A stretch of DNA of 63,396 bases, filler included, from Sluysia triapertura (GCA_046118255.1; 5 parts of 5 records of this genome joined end to end with filler, not necessarily neighbours in it), one strand, 5' to 3'. Counted from the whole stretch's first letter, positions 42,638-56,104 are shown. Program-made: numbers and translations. Notes: generated by a model from the sequence alone, not told the origin.

Positions 42638-42944
42638 CCACTTAAGCATCTCGAACGAGATCCTCTCGCGCATTAAATGTGTCCTGATTTGTGTTATCCC
42701 GAGTACCTCTGGTCACTTATAATTATTATTTTTATATTTTTATCTGGAGTGATACCTTCTCGCAAGTTTGTATTTCATAGAGCTTAGTGTATATTTATTG
42801 TATGCTCGTTCGAATTTAGTGCTTTTCAATTTTTTATGTTTTTTTAAGTTTATATTATGATTTCTCCTTTATCAATATTATAAATAAAAACAAAAACCCT
42901 GCTTTTTTGACCTAATTTCACAGAAAAACCCTCGCATTGAGTAG
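42638..42944. mobile_element. Degenerate piggyBac-type MITE
   Basis: TTAA on both sides, imperfect TIRs (CCACTTAAGC / rc CTACTCAATGC), and internal CGAG...CTCG repeats. Confidence 0.45.
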
Positions 42945-43629
42945 TTAATATGTCTCACAAATAAGATTTTTTGATTAATGCAAATATAATATTTTCATTT
43001 AATAAACGTTATAATATTTCAGTTCGACATTTATTTATAGAAGTATAATTCAAGTAATAAATAATTTATATTATTCCAGCATTCCCTGTGATTATTGGTG
43101 TTATGATTAATGTGAAAATTGAAACATACGGATAGATTGCAAAGGAACTCCAATAGAAAAATTTTATACATAATTTATTAAAATTATGTACGAATGACAA
43201 TTTTATTTCCTTAAACTTATACACATTACCATGTTCCAATATTATTTTTCTCTTATAATATTTTATTGGAATCGTTATTTCCTTTAATTTTAATTGATTA
43301 TGTGAATTCGAACGCTGCAGTTTATTATTCTCACGGGTTGAATTTCCAAGAATTATAATGAAAAACAAAACCATGAATATTTATATAAGACAAGATTGTT
43401 CACTTGAGCATAATTAGTAGAAATGTAAACATTCTTATAATTCCTTAAAAACTACCACATTGTGATAGACGGTTCAAATTTTCCTCCAAGAGCAAGCCAG
43501 AGATTTAATAAGAGTCTGATTGCAATAGTAATCTGATCGAATAATTCTTCTATAGCATCACCTATGTTTTGTAATAGTGGACCGTTTATTACTTCGTTGA
43601 ATTACTTGTGATCACTAAACTCATCTATC

Positions 43630-43975
43630 GACAACTTTACTTCTACATATTTAGATTTATCAGAATTGATGAACTCATTATTGTCTTTCATAAACTTCAC
43701 TTTTATTTCGTTAAATGGCCTAAGTTTATTACTTCAACACATCTTTCAATTACTTTACTTCTACATGTTTGGATTATTCAGCATTGTTGAATTCATTATT
43801 GTCTTTCATAAAGATTATTTTTACATATTTAGCGTGATTAACATTGATGAATTCGTTGTCTTCCTTTTACTTTTACTTTTACTTCGTTAAATAGTCTAAC
43901 ATTATTAGCTCCGCACACCTTTCAATAACTTTACTTGTACATGTTTAGATTGTTTATCATTGATGAAATTATCAA
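43630..43975 (-). repeat. Four ~60-bp coding-like tandem units within a decayed minus-strand gene
   Basis: The unit tttacttctacat.tttagatt....cattgatgaa.tc.ttattgtctttc recurs at about 43636, 43753, 43818 and 43930 and translates to MKDNNEFINxxxSKHVEVK. Confidence 0.75.
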
Positions 43976-44329
43976 GGCAATCTCTTTCGTAACAATCATG
44001 CAATTTCCTGGAAATCACGTAATCATCTAATACTTGGTTTCTTGCTTTAATCTTTTGAGACAGTTTTAATAATTTTTTGAGCTTCCTCTTTCCGACTGTC
44101 TGAAATTTTATTGTATATTTCTGGTAACCTTTTTTTGTTAGTACTTTATTTCCTTTTATTTCTGTTTTTATTTTCCGATTTTCATTGGCTCTTTACTTTT
44201 AATTTGATTTTTTGGGCCAATTACAAGTACATTTGTATAACCGAAAAATATGTACTTGTAATTGGTTTGACAGCCATTGTTAATGTGCATAAAATTAAGG
44301 CCTGGGCCATTTTGAATATTTCATTGAAA

Positions 44330-44396
<67 letters not shown>
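44330..44396. repeat. (TAT)~22 microsatellite
   Basis: Directly visible; creates the poly-Tyr ORF. Confidence 0.97.
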
Positions 44397-44397
<1 letters not shown>

Positions 44398-45149
44398 TAT
44401 ATTTTATCATTAAAATTATTTTTAATTTTATTAAATTAGTATAAATACTCATAAACTGCACATAAATTCTATTTTACTTCCTTCTCGTCTTAGATCTCTT
44501 TGTAACGTCATATCCTTGAGAATGTACTTTTTCTTTTAACATTAATTCTAAATGTATATGCATAAAATTCTGATAAGATTGAACTTGATGACTGATGGCT
44601 TCAATAACTTAATAGAACCTGAACTGGATGAGTTTGATGATTGATGGTAGTTGTTAAAAGATCACACAAATAAAGAAGTATAACGAGCATGACACAATTT
44701 CTTGTTACATGTTATTCTTAAACATAATTTATGATTTCGCAATAACACTCATTATTGGCTTTCAATTGTTCATTTATTGTATAGCTCATGTGTACTTTAT
44801 TACACGAACACTCTTTTTGTGTCATACAAAAAAATTAGTCAATAATGGTTCATCGTTTATATTATGTTTATTAGTTTCATCAACAAGCATTTTCATTAAA
44901 CAAATGTCATGCTGATAATTTGTATATTATCATTACTTGTTTTAATCTTACATTAGGTAATCCATATGTGTAATCAGATTTAACACAGCAGAAATTTTGT
45001 ATTTTATGTAATAACATCAATAATTATATCATACAGATTAATACAAAATGTAAAACAGACAGAAAACTTAAAACTTACGTCAAATACCCTATATCAACTT
45101 TTTCTAGATAAGCGATTATTATTGAATCCGTTTATTATTATTATTCGTT

Positions 45150-45390
45150 TTCACTACATTATCACCTTGTAGTATTCGTTTTACAAAGGTTTGGAGTTTT
45201 GAAACAATATTAATGCACAAGAAATAATCTCGAAAATAGATTTAATTCGACAATTTATCCCAAGAAAGTTACGAAGATTCTACATTAATAATGCAACTTT
45301 TGCGAGGTAATAAACACTATGGACTTCAGATATGGTCTCAGATGAATTTAATATAGACCTGAAGTCACTTCAACTGCTGCGAATTTAACC
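45150..45390 (+). pseudogene. 14-3-3 C-terminal pseudogene fragment
   Basis: [22 protein letters not shown] / TLWTSD (45246-45332) versus the invariant [29 protein letters not shown], with a 1-nt frameshift before TLWTSD. Confidence 0.85.
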
Positions 45391-46339
45391 TTTAGTGTAC
45401 GAATGTTGATATATCTAACATTTATAGAATTTAATTTAATAAAAAAATCATCCCATAGGCAGTAGGATTTTTCGTAAATTATGGTTTAGATAGGCATCGT
45501 TGAGTTTAAAAAATCGGTTTAAAAAGCAGTTAATATGGCAAAGAAAAAAATTCAGAAAAGCACGTATGCCAAATTAACTTATCCGTTAAATTTTATACAA
45601 ACTTGTTTGTCAGGCCTTAAGCCGGCTCTTAATTCATCAAATATAAAAAAATTTAAAATAAAAATTAATAAATTTATAGAAAAATTTTTAATAAACGATA
45701 TCAGAAATTTAAAGATGAATAAATTAAACGTCAAAAATTTGAAATTCGACTACACTACTAAATTTATCAGATATTTAAAGGTAAAAATTAGAGTTAAAAT
45801 TAAACTTAGAATTGAGATTTACTAATACAATATCCAATAAACTTATAGCAAAACCATCCTCTGGCATCCCTCAAAATCAGAAACATAAATGTAAAACTCT
45901 TAAACAAACAGCACATTAATATCAATTATTCATTATTTCATCCTCACATGTACACCTTCACATTTCACGCTTTTTGTTATTGTTAATCTTTATTATGATT
46001 ATTAATAACTATTAATATATTATTATATTTTCTATTACAACATTTTATAATTGTGTTTATTATTGTTAGTTCTAAAAATGTTTTAATGAAAACTTTATAA
46101 AATTAAATTGTTAAAATAGTGTGTAATTTTTACTGTGACCTATGATGTGATCATGATCATAGCAAAATAATGTTAAAAATTAAAATTAACTAATAAATCG
46201 ATGAAAATTGCTTTCCACTAATGAAACTTTGGAATTGTTTCATAAGGTTAATTGCTACCTTATGAAAATATCCCTTCTAAATTTTAAACGTAAATTACGA
46301 ATTTGGTTTCATGTTGGAAAGTTATATTAACCAGTGTCA

Positions 46340-46830
46340 CTAATAAATCTGGTTAAATCAATTATGCTGTTATTATCAACGGTTTGTTTATCAATTATGT
46401 CCACATTATATAGTTCTAAAAACAGTATGGTTATTACATTTTTAGTTCTTTTTGCTTTAGTTGGTTATTTATATCAAATAAAATTTTGTTAGTTATCAAC
46501 ATTACGATTCGTTCATTTAATATTAATTATATATTGTTAAATCGCCGAGTTTTAATTAGTATAGTTGTGTTTATTATTTCAATATGTATTACATAAATTT
46601 GCTCATAAATGGAAAGTAATAATGTTTGTTCGCAACATTATGCTGATATTGAAGTAAGCATGGAACGATTTGCCATTGGTTAAATTACAGTATGGTTAAT
46701 TAGTTTAATAAATTGTATTTGAACCGTACAAAGCTGCTCCACAAATGGTAACATTAAATGACATTGAATGTAATTATGTAAATTTGTCCAATTGTAAAAA
46801 TTTGAGTACCTTGGTTGATTGTTATCATTA
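46340..46830 (+). mobile_element. Old non-LTR retrotransposon reverse-transcriptase remnant
   Basis: Ordered motifs AVIING; HYADIE (YADD); NKLYLNRTK (NxLxLNxxKT); CKNLSTLVD (KNLGxxxD). Confidence 0.5.
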
Positions 46831-47223
46831 TGCAGCTGCTTTTCCGATACGACGTTCTGATCATGCTTTTTATGTCTTGAAACTTGTTTAGAAAATGTTA
46901 ATATATGTTGGTGTTTATATTAGTCATATTGATCAGTGCTACAAATATTATTTGTTATAAAGTTAATACAAAGTACTTGTTTTATTGAGTCGTTACTAAT
47001 ATTTTTATGTTTTCAAGGCCTTAAACCGAGCATAAGTTTAAGAAAGTTAAGTAAAACAATTTTTTATTAAAAAAACAATAATTAGGATTATTAATCCCAT
47101 TTGACTAAACTTTCACATGTGTGATTATATTAAATGTTAGTTAGGTTTTAAAATGAATGAATCCATTACATATTAAATATTAATATTAATGTATGTAAAA
47201 ATTAATTATTTTCAAAACTTTAG

Positions 47224-48310
47224 GATGATGAATTAGACTTAACCGAATTCTCTAGTTTATCTTCTCAATTTCTCGAATCGATATTTCACCCGAAATCTGC
47301 TTTAATTTTAATTGATATACAAAATGATTTCATATCAGGGTCACTAGCAATTAAGAAATTTTCGGACCAGCAAATGGACGGAATGGATATTTTACAACCA
47401 GCTAATGAGGTACTTCGTAAACATATTAATTGTCAATATGCTCCCAATCAAATCAAATTAATTGTGTACACTTATGATTGGCATCCAGTAGATCATATTT
47501 CATTTTTCGATAATTTACACTTACGCAATCTCAGTCCTAATTCTCCAGTTAGTATTTTTACACATTTTAACTCATACATTAATCTAAAACAGTGATTATT
47601 TATCTTTAAAGTTTTTTAAATTTTCGATCAAAACAATTGGCTATGAGAAATTAGTGAACTTCATGCATAATTCGAGTACGAACATAGCTACAGAGTAATT
47701 CTTTTCTGATTTATCAAGGTTAATCAATTTCTAAATTCCCTATATGTTATAGTTGCAATTACTTAAATAAAAAAAATAAACTCATTTTTCAATGAGTGCC
47801 AATCACTAAAAATATTAAGAACCACTGATATAGATATATAATTTTTGAAAGACGTTATTGTTGTAAAAACTGAAATGACGAAGACATTTTGTTTATTATT
47901 TTGTCATGTTCAAAGAAATAATCTACATTTATGTAGTAAACAATGTTTTTACAGTTTGATATTAAAACTTTCCATTATATTGTTAGTATAAGAAATCTTC
48001 TCAATTTCGCAAATGTTTTTTAAAAAATCGAGAATAGACATTTTAAAAGCTTGAAAATCATAAAAAATAAGTTGAATTTATATATTCAATATATATATAA
48101 ATAAAAGATTTACTTTATTTAATTATATTTCAATTATAATTTTAATCAATATTAAATTGAAAAATAATATTTTAGTTATCAAAGGATAACGTTCATTTGA
48201 TGGACAAAGTAATCATACAAAGAAGAGATGGAAAAGAAGTGGAACAGATTTTATGGCCACGTCATTGTGTTGCTGATTCTGAAGGAGCTGCTTTGAATAA
48301 AGATTTAATA
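47224..48310 (+). CDS. Nicotinamidase (PNC1/Naam-type, isochorismatase fold, with EF-hand remnant); partial, exons 47224-47547 and 48176-48310
   Basis: Both exons are open, phase 0 and AG/GT bounded: DDELDLTEF...SALILIDIQNDFISGSL...YTYDWHPVDHISF...NSP | LSKD...EQILWPRHCVADSEGAALNKDLI. Exons carrying the catalytic Lys and Cys were not found. Confidence 0.92.
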
Positions 48311-48948
48311 GTTATTATTTTATAATTTTTGTTATAACTATTAAAGGTATAAAAAAGTTTTTAATTTTTATTGTAAAAGCATGCTAATAATAATAATCAT
48401 CTCAATTGCTACTAATTACTATAAAAATAATGTTATAAAAGTTAACATAATTATAATACTCATTGTAGTTTTAAGATCATGTTAATAAAATCGAAATTGT
48501 ATAAGTAATAATTTTAAAGTGAGATTGTATAAACACAGCATTAAATCAAAATTTACTCATCAAACCTACTATTGCAGTTAATAAAATCATTTTGAAATAG
48601 GAATCAATAAAAATAATATGAAATCAAATTATAACTAACGCACAAAATCAACTTAAAAACAAGATTTGAATATTAAATAAAACAAAATATAGAGATAATG
48701 TGTAATCAAAATTTAATAACATTATATTCGATCAAAATTTTCTTAAATTAAAGATTAAGCAGTATAGATGGAAATAATATGAAATTAAAATTTACTAACA
48801 TATTTAATAATTAATAATAATATTATACACATTGTATAACATTTATTTATTCAAAATAAATAAACTATAATGTATGATGTACATAATACATGTTATTTGT
48901 ATAATGATTTATTACAACATTTAAATTACTAATTACATTTATTCAAAC

Positions 48949-49285
48949 TAGGGTTTCCAACCGTCCCGGTTTTAAGAACTTGTCCCGGCCGGTTGTTAAA
49001 AATGTCTCGGTTTGTCCATGTTCTTCAACTGATTCAAAATATATTTATCCGGCGCCAATAAACTTGCGAAAAAAATTTTGAAAACATATTTGATGCGTCA
49101 TACCTCCACTTTTTTGTGATTTTTTACGACTTTTGTCATTTTTTGTGATTTTACGTTAACAAGTGCTATTTGATTAATTAATTATATATGTACAATGAAA
49201 AACACAAAAAAAATTTTGGGGGAGGGGGGAGGGGTGTTGAGAAAAATTTGACCGTCCCGGTTTGGCGAAAAAAATGGTAACCCTA
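48949..49285. mobile_element. hAT (Blackjack-like) MITE, 337 bp, in the nicotinamidase intron
   Basis: TIRs TAGGGTTTCCA / TGGTAACCCTA; perfect 8-bp TSD ATTCAAAC at 48941-48948 and 49286-49293; subterminal GTCCCGG repeats. Confidence 0.93.
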
Positions 49286-50975
49286 ATTCAAACTAAATAA
49301 TTTATGATGTATGTTGTATACGTAATTTAATTTATTATAATATCTAGCAATTTGTAATTTAATAATAGTTTAGATTTCATGATGATTTACATTGTAGGAA
49401 CAATTCAAATTATTATAAGTTATGATTCATACTTTAATTTATTGATATTATAATTTTACTATAAATATCAACAACGTTAATCCAAAAAAATCATTATTAA
49501 ACGATTCACATAGATTTCACAAAGATTTCGATCCAATTTAGTAATTAAGAAGAAGCTCCTGGTATTTTATTGGCGATTTCCAATCAACTGACTATTTCAA
49601 GTACAAGAAATTTTGGTAAGATTATTTAGTTTGAATATAAAATGAATATGTAATATTTTCTTTTAAAACTTAACTATATTTTATTTAAATTTTATCTTCT
49701 AATAAAGAAGATAATAATCGAATTATAATTTAATATTTTATTATTTCATAAGTAAAATTACTTTAGTTTAGTTTTATTAATAAACTTTAAAAGGGATTCC
49801 AAACAGAGCAACCTAGGACAGTCAAAAGTGAAATTAAAAGTTTTTAACGCCGATATAAAATAAGGTTAAAGGAAATTTACAATATAAAGTTAAAAAATAA
49901 TTTGTTGTGATAAAGTTTTCTCACCTTAAGAATTGCCACGATAGAATAAAGTAGTTACCTTATAGAATAAAGTTACTGTAAAGTCTACATTACAAAGCAA
50001 GATTTCATAAGATTTTATCAAATAAGATTTGTATAATTGTATCAAATAAAGAAATAGTTGAATGCATACCTTTCGAATACAATTAAAAAATTTAAATCAA
50101 GAAAACTTAGAAGATAAATTATTGTTAAGCACTTCCACATCGAATATCTGAGGCGTGTATACGACTCACCACATTAAACAACTAAATAATTCTAATTCTG
50201 AATAAAGTTGATATCAGTGCATAATTAACCCACATTGACAATAGGCAAAAGACCTCACAATAAGAATAGATTACTGTATTATTAAATATTTAAACTATAA
50301 TTAACATATAATTTTTAACTCAAAGATATTCTTTATTTTTCGACATAGTAAGTGAAGTTGATTTTTAAATACAGTATGATGAGTAAAAACCACAAAAAAC
50401 AAAATGCAGGAAAGAACCGATTTTATGAAGCATTAGAAAAAATTAAGTTTAACATTTTGGGATTTAATATCAACTTATGAATACAGATATCTAATCGGCA
50501 AATGACAAGCATTCCCAACATTTCATATTCACTGTCTATTACTATAATGTAAAATGTATTGTTATAAATTATGAAAGATTTGAAAATTTGACAGGAGTCA
50601 TAATGACTTCATGTCCCCGACGAAAATATGAGGTATTGAAAATGCTTAATTCAATGTTTCGGAAGCATTTAACGATAAAGTGTTTCGACATAATATTAAA
50701 TGACATTAATATTTAGGTTTCATTGTAGGTTTCATTTTAATATTTGTTAGTTTTAATTTTTTACTTTTGTGTTTAAGAACAACAATAATACTTTTTTGCT
50801 GAACACAAAAGTAACTAAAATAAGACTTCGAAAAATATTAATATAATATTCATTCTGCTTTATAATTTATTTAAATTGTATCACTACATTAAGTAAACAA
50901 TTCATTTTTATCATTTTGTTTTGTTTGATTTGCTATTATTTATTCTGTTTGATTCTAGCTCATTCTTTATTTAAC

Positions 50976-51105
50976 NNNNNNNNNNNNNNNNNNNNNNNNN
51001 NNNNNNNNNNNNNNNNNNNNNNNNNNNNNNNNNNNNNNNNNNNNNNNNNNNNNNNNNNNNNNNNNNNNNNNNNNNNNNNNNNNNNNNNNNNNNNNNNNNN
51101 NNNNN
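50976..51105. other. Scaffold gap (130 N, no linker)
   Basis: Directly visible. Confidence 0.97.
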
Positions 51106-51829
51106 TTTTCAGCATATTTAATTACGACTTTATTTCATTAATAATTATAATCAATTAATATATCTTTAACATAATTACAATAAATCAATTTTAATCTATT
51201 AAGTCAGTGCATAATTGGAATTATTTTCTGATATTTTGAAAATTTTATGTTTTCAAAATTGTTTAAATTTTGACCTAAAATACTCGATAATCATACGTAA
51301 GTTTATTAGACCAACTTCTTTCTTGAAATATGTATGTCTAATTATCCATGAATGACTAATCATTGCGATTGAAGAAACTGCTTCTTGTAAGCACACTGTT
51401 GTAAGCATACATTGAGTTTGATGATTTAATGTATTATACTTCAAGATTTTACATTATTTTCGACAGTTGAGCTTCGTATTCTTCATTCATTTTCCGAATG
51501 TTATAATTAAGTTATAATGTTAAATTAAAATTATTAAATAAAATAAAAATATTCATAAAACCAAATGTTTCAATAAATTAATATTTGTTTCCACTTTATT
51601 AATTATTATTATCTGGATGACGAAATTTATTGTGAACAAATACGAAAAAAAGCAGATTTTCTTTATTATTACCACCATTAATAAGAAAATATAAATATTT
51701 ATCAAAACGTTTCTCGGTTACATTTTGCACTTAATCCTTTTTTCTTCATTAATATGGTTATTTGTCCTTTCCGTATTTTACCACAACAAATGAAGAAATT
51801 CAATCTTTGAACTACCACCAATAAAACTG

Positions 51830-51945
51830 TTCACTGATGGAAAGGTCAGGAGTGCATTGACCTCCTTAATATATTAATATTTTGAAAATTTATTATAATT
51901 TGGACTAACTTTGCCTTGTGAGTAGTGCCATTGTCCTCTTGATAG
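51830..51945 (-). mobile_element. Tc1-like transposase fragment
   Basis: YQEDNGTTHKAK...NINIL...TPDLSISE corresponds to FQQDNAPxH...WPxxSPDLNPIE. Confidence 0.6.
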
Positions 51946-52099
51946 TTTAACATAATATTAATTTTTTAAAATCTAAAATTGATTTAATTTAAATTTATTT
52001 GAAATAAAAATTATTTAAAATCATTATCATTAAGATTATAATGCTTTATATCAATATAAAATGAGATTTAATAGAGTTAATATAAATTCAAAATTTAAT

Positions 52100-52199
52100 N
52101 NNNNNNNNNNNNNNNNNNNNNNNNNNNNNNNNNNNNNNNNNNNTTAATTAATTAANNNNNNNNNNNNNNNNNNNNNNNNNNNNNNNNNNNNNNNNNNNN
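52100..52199. other. Artificial contig linker
   Basis: N44-TTAATTAATTAA-N44. Confidence 0.97.
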
Positions 52200-54549
52200 A
52201 TAATCGAGTATTCCTGCGACTGCGAATCTATTTTGGAAGCGACTCTGTAAGTCAAGAGTACATGCAATTGGTTCGTTTTAAATGTGTAATGTGTATAATT
52301 GTAAAATGTTTACCATGATTTGCACTATGTTTCATGTTTGATAAAGTGATACATATTTTTATGGTTATTTATATGAATGGCACTTTTGGTGAGTTTTCAG
52401 CTAGAAATTCATGATCTATGGGTTGAGCCACCACAATTAGTCTACTACTGCATAGTTTAGTTTCCTTAGCATTGATAAATTCTAACTAATTAAATATTCA
52501 TTTATCATAACAATTTTGGTAAAAATATTAATTTGTTATTTTTAAGTTATTTCAGATATGTGAATAGTTTTTGATAGTAATTTTTGAATGCATTCTCACC
52601 GCAACATTGTATATTTCATGTTATTTAAGCTGAGCAAACGACTACAAGTAAAATTAGAATTAATGATTCTTGTCATGAAATCAATTTCTCATAAATTTTT
52701 ATTCGAATGAATGCAGATTTTTTGTCTTTTAAAATTAAGTCAATTTGTTTCAAATCAGAAAGACGAGAAATTGTGGTTAGCGAATACTTTGAAAGTGACC
52801 ATCCAAAAGTATACCTAATTCCTTCAGTTAATCCTAAATTGACATTGACATTGACATTGACATTTTTTGCAAATTGAAGAAGTGTAATTGTTATAACGAT
52901 TTAAATCCTTGCCATACATTTGTTCATGGAAACAGATTGACGGTCAACATAGTTGATTCATGTGTGAGATACACGTGATAATATTATTTCTATGGAGTTA
53001 AAGTTAGTCGATAAGGCAAAGAATTTTAAGAAAACTGCTCGAATTCGTCTATTTTTTATTTTTATTAAATTACATAGATGTCATTAAGTTATAACCCTCA
53101 AATGTCAGCGAATTTGATATAAAAACCAAGAAAACTATGGTTTTCGTGATCAAATTAATAAAGAAAAATGTTCTGATCCAAGAATTTCTTTTAGTGATGA
53201 AGGATTGGAATATTATTCATAAGAAATGAAGATATAAAACGTGCAGGTACTATTGTTAGAATAGCGCTTTAAGCGCATTTATAATTCATAACAATTAAGT
53301 AACACTGACATTGGAAAATGCCTTTGACATATCTTTGACATATTTCTCTATATATTTTTAATCAAAGTTTAAAAGGCCTTATGCCTAATCATAAGATATT
53401 TAAAGCAGCATTCGAATGGTTAGGATTTAGTTATTTAGTTATTAGTTTAAAATGGTAAAATGTCACTTTCACAAAGCTAAGAAAAGACAAAATATGACCA
53501 GACCGAATTTCTAATTAGAAAATCCTCTAAAATTTTTCAATTTTTTTCGATTATGCTGACAACTTCTTTTGAAATATCAGCAAAATAAATGATGAAAAGT
53601 TTAGTCTTTGACAATTACGAATAATGTAATGATGCTTTATTATTCCAGACTAAGTAATTAACAAGGAAAATACTGAATTAATAAAGAAAAGCTATCCTTA
53701 ACACAAGATATGTTATTTTAGAACGTTTCCATAAAAGACTTAATCCTTCAGATAGATCTAAAAATGACTCTCCATTCGAAAGATCTCTAAAATATATCAC
53801 TATAACTAAGTCACGCTGTGCATGAGAGAAAAATCGTCATGTTTCACTCATTATTTAATATTGAAGGATAGAGTTCTTTTGTCAAAGAATGATTTTTTGT
53901 TGAAAAAGAAATTATTTACAAGTTATTCGCTCGAGTAATATCGTGTGGAAGATACACTAAAAACTAAAAACCTCAATAAATCATTACGAGTCTACTAAAA
54001 AAACACAGGGTACTAACAATCTTAAATGGAGCAATATGAAACAAAGTTACAAAAAGTAATTCAACATATTTACATTTATGAGTATCTTCCCATTTTTTTG
54101 ATTTTATCACCACCCCTACCCTCTAGAATCAAGTATTCCTATATTTAGAACATTTTTATATTTCTTTATAAAGTAACCTTGAATAAGTACAACTGTTTCG
54201 ATTATACACCGACATAAAACAAACCCAATCAAATGAAAATGAAAATCGAACCTTTGAGAATTGATGATGGAATTGGAGGTGATGTCAACTGAGTAAAATA
54301 TTCCACATCCATTCTTGTGTACTGTTTCGATAAAAGACGTCTATAGGTTTTCTCCAAATCGATTACTTCTTTTTCATTTACTAAATATGAATTCAACATA
54401 AAATAATACATACACACCAAAAGTAAATGTAAGCCATCAAATATTTAGATATTTTTCGTAACGTAAACCCTTATTTTTTAATTAATATCAAATAATATTT
54501 AAGTAATATTCAAAATTAAATAAAATAAGATGATTATAAGTTTCGAAAA

Positions 54550-54971
54550 TTCCCAAGATGGAAGAAGATCCTATGTAATACCTTATCTTAAGGAATTACA
54601 TTGGTTGCTAATAAAAACAAGAATAGAACTCAAAATAATGACAATAATTTGTAAATGCTTACATTACGGAAGTCCTGGATATCTTTTAGAAATAATAAAA
54701 AATTTTGAAAACAAGATGAATATTTCAGTGCGACATAATAACAATCTATACAGATAATAAGGTAAGTGATAATTTATGTACCGTTTCAAAAATATACATC
54801 CAGTTACCAGAGAATGTCAAATTACTGGAAGATTATGAAATATTTAAGAAAAAGGCAAAGTTCTTTCTGTATCATAAATATTATAATGAATAACTTATTT
54901 TAATTAAGCACTTCTGAGTACTTTGTAGTAGACATGAGCGCAATACAAATTAATAATAATAATAATAATAA
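54550..54971 (+). mobile_element. L2/CR1-group LINE 3' end, copy 2, with 3'UTR and (TAA)n tail
   Basis: VIPYLKELHWLLIKTRIELKIMTIICKCLHYGSPGYL ... QLPENVK...FKKKAKFFL, then aagcacttctgagtac...gagcgcaatacaaat(taa)n. Confidence 0.88.
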
Positions 54972-55220
54972 CAGAATCTAACAAAATTTTATTATTAGAT
55001 CTGTTCGAAATTGATTCGTGCACATACATAAATTTCAATAATGCACAATAAAAATATTATTAAAACCAATGTTGTAAGGAATCCTGATGTAGGCGAATAG
55101 ATGGTAGATCTATTATACTGAGCTTTGTTTAAGATATACACTTAACTTTTGAAAGCACTGTTTCTTAAGGAATTATTTTAATTTTCACACACAGTGACAA
55201 CAAAATAGAAATTTTATTAA

Positions 55221-55527
55221 CTCATTAAGTGACACGATCGTCATTTGGGAATTTTGGAATTTTACGTAGCCTGCTTGGCTCTAAAAATATATCAGGTGCC
55301 AATCCTAAATTGAATGAAGTTATTCTCTTTGCCATTTCTGTTTAATTTAAATAATTAAAATAATTTTTAAAGCAGAATTTTTGTAAAAACCATTTATTTG
55401 TAGCCTTTTTCAAGTTTTTACACTTGTAGGTTATTGGCCATAAAAGGTTTGCAAGTTCTGCACAAGTTGTACAAGTTATAATATGTTGAAAGTATCACCA
55501 CTATATTCGTGGTTGGCAGCGAATGGG
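55221..55527. mobile_element. Degenerate piggyBac-type MITE
   Basis: TTAA|CTCATTAAGTGACA ... TGGCAGCGAATGGG|TTAA; imperfect TIRs. Confidence 0.4.
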
Positions 55528-55884
55528 TTAATGTCATTTGTTGTGCATTTTGTTACAACATATCATTTGTAAATTGAACACAACAAAATAACATATCATT
55601 ATCGATAATCAATTATAGTATCGATAAACTACATTATATATATAATACAAAATATACAATGTTACAATAAATTAATTAAAGCCAGATATAGTTTCATGAA
55701 CTTTGTTGAAAGTTATTCGTTAAACAAATGACAAATTAGATTTAGGTTTAAATCTGCTTGATTAAACAATAATTTTTACAACATTTTGGCATGTTTAAGG
55801 TGTTTGCTTTTTCTAAATAAAAAGATGCGTAATTCGCTTATTATATCATTATCATTCTTCAAATTTACTCTAAGTCTTTATTAA

Positions 55885-56104
55885 CACATTATGAGCGGGT
55901 AGCCTAACAACCTAACTAGAGTGTGTAGCGGGCAAAAATCGAAGATATGCAAAATAATATTCGTATTTATTTAAATATCTCACATGATAGCCAACTGCTA
56001 CTAATACCTTGCCCCGCTTTTAAAAAATACTTTTCATACATACTCATTCGTCCTTAAGTGACAGTCCATAACACGGGTACTAATACCGCCCCGCTCATAA
56101 TGTC
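55885..56104. mobile_element. MITE with 14-bp TIRs (piggyBac-like)
   Basis: TTAA|CACATTATGAGCGGG ... CCCGCTCATAATGT; the right TTAA is degenerate. Confidence 0.75.

Noticed and set aside
43630-43975. Possible CRISPR-like repeat array
   Set aside because: Long, degenerate, irregularly spaced units with coding periodicity, no cas genes, and a eukaryotic context.
49514-49616. AG...GTAAG-bounded segment as the next nicotinamidase exon
   Set aside because: Stops in all three frames and no KG...DSYSAF motif.
52839-52864. (TTGACA)4 as bacterial -35 boxes
   Set aside because: Simple hexamer slippage repeat in eukaryotic DNA.
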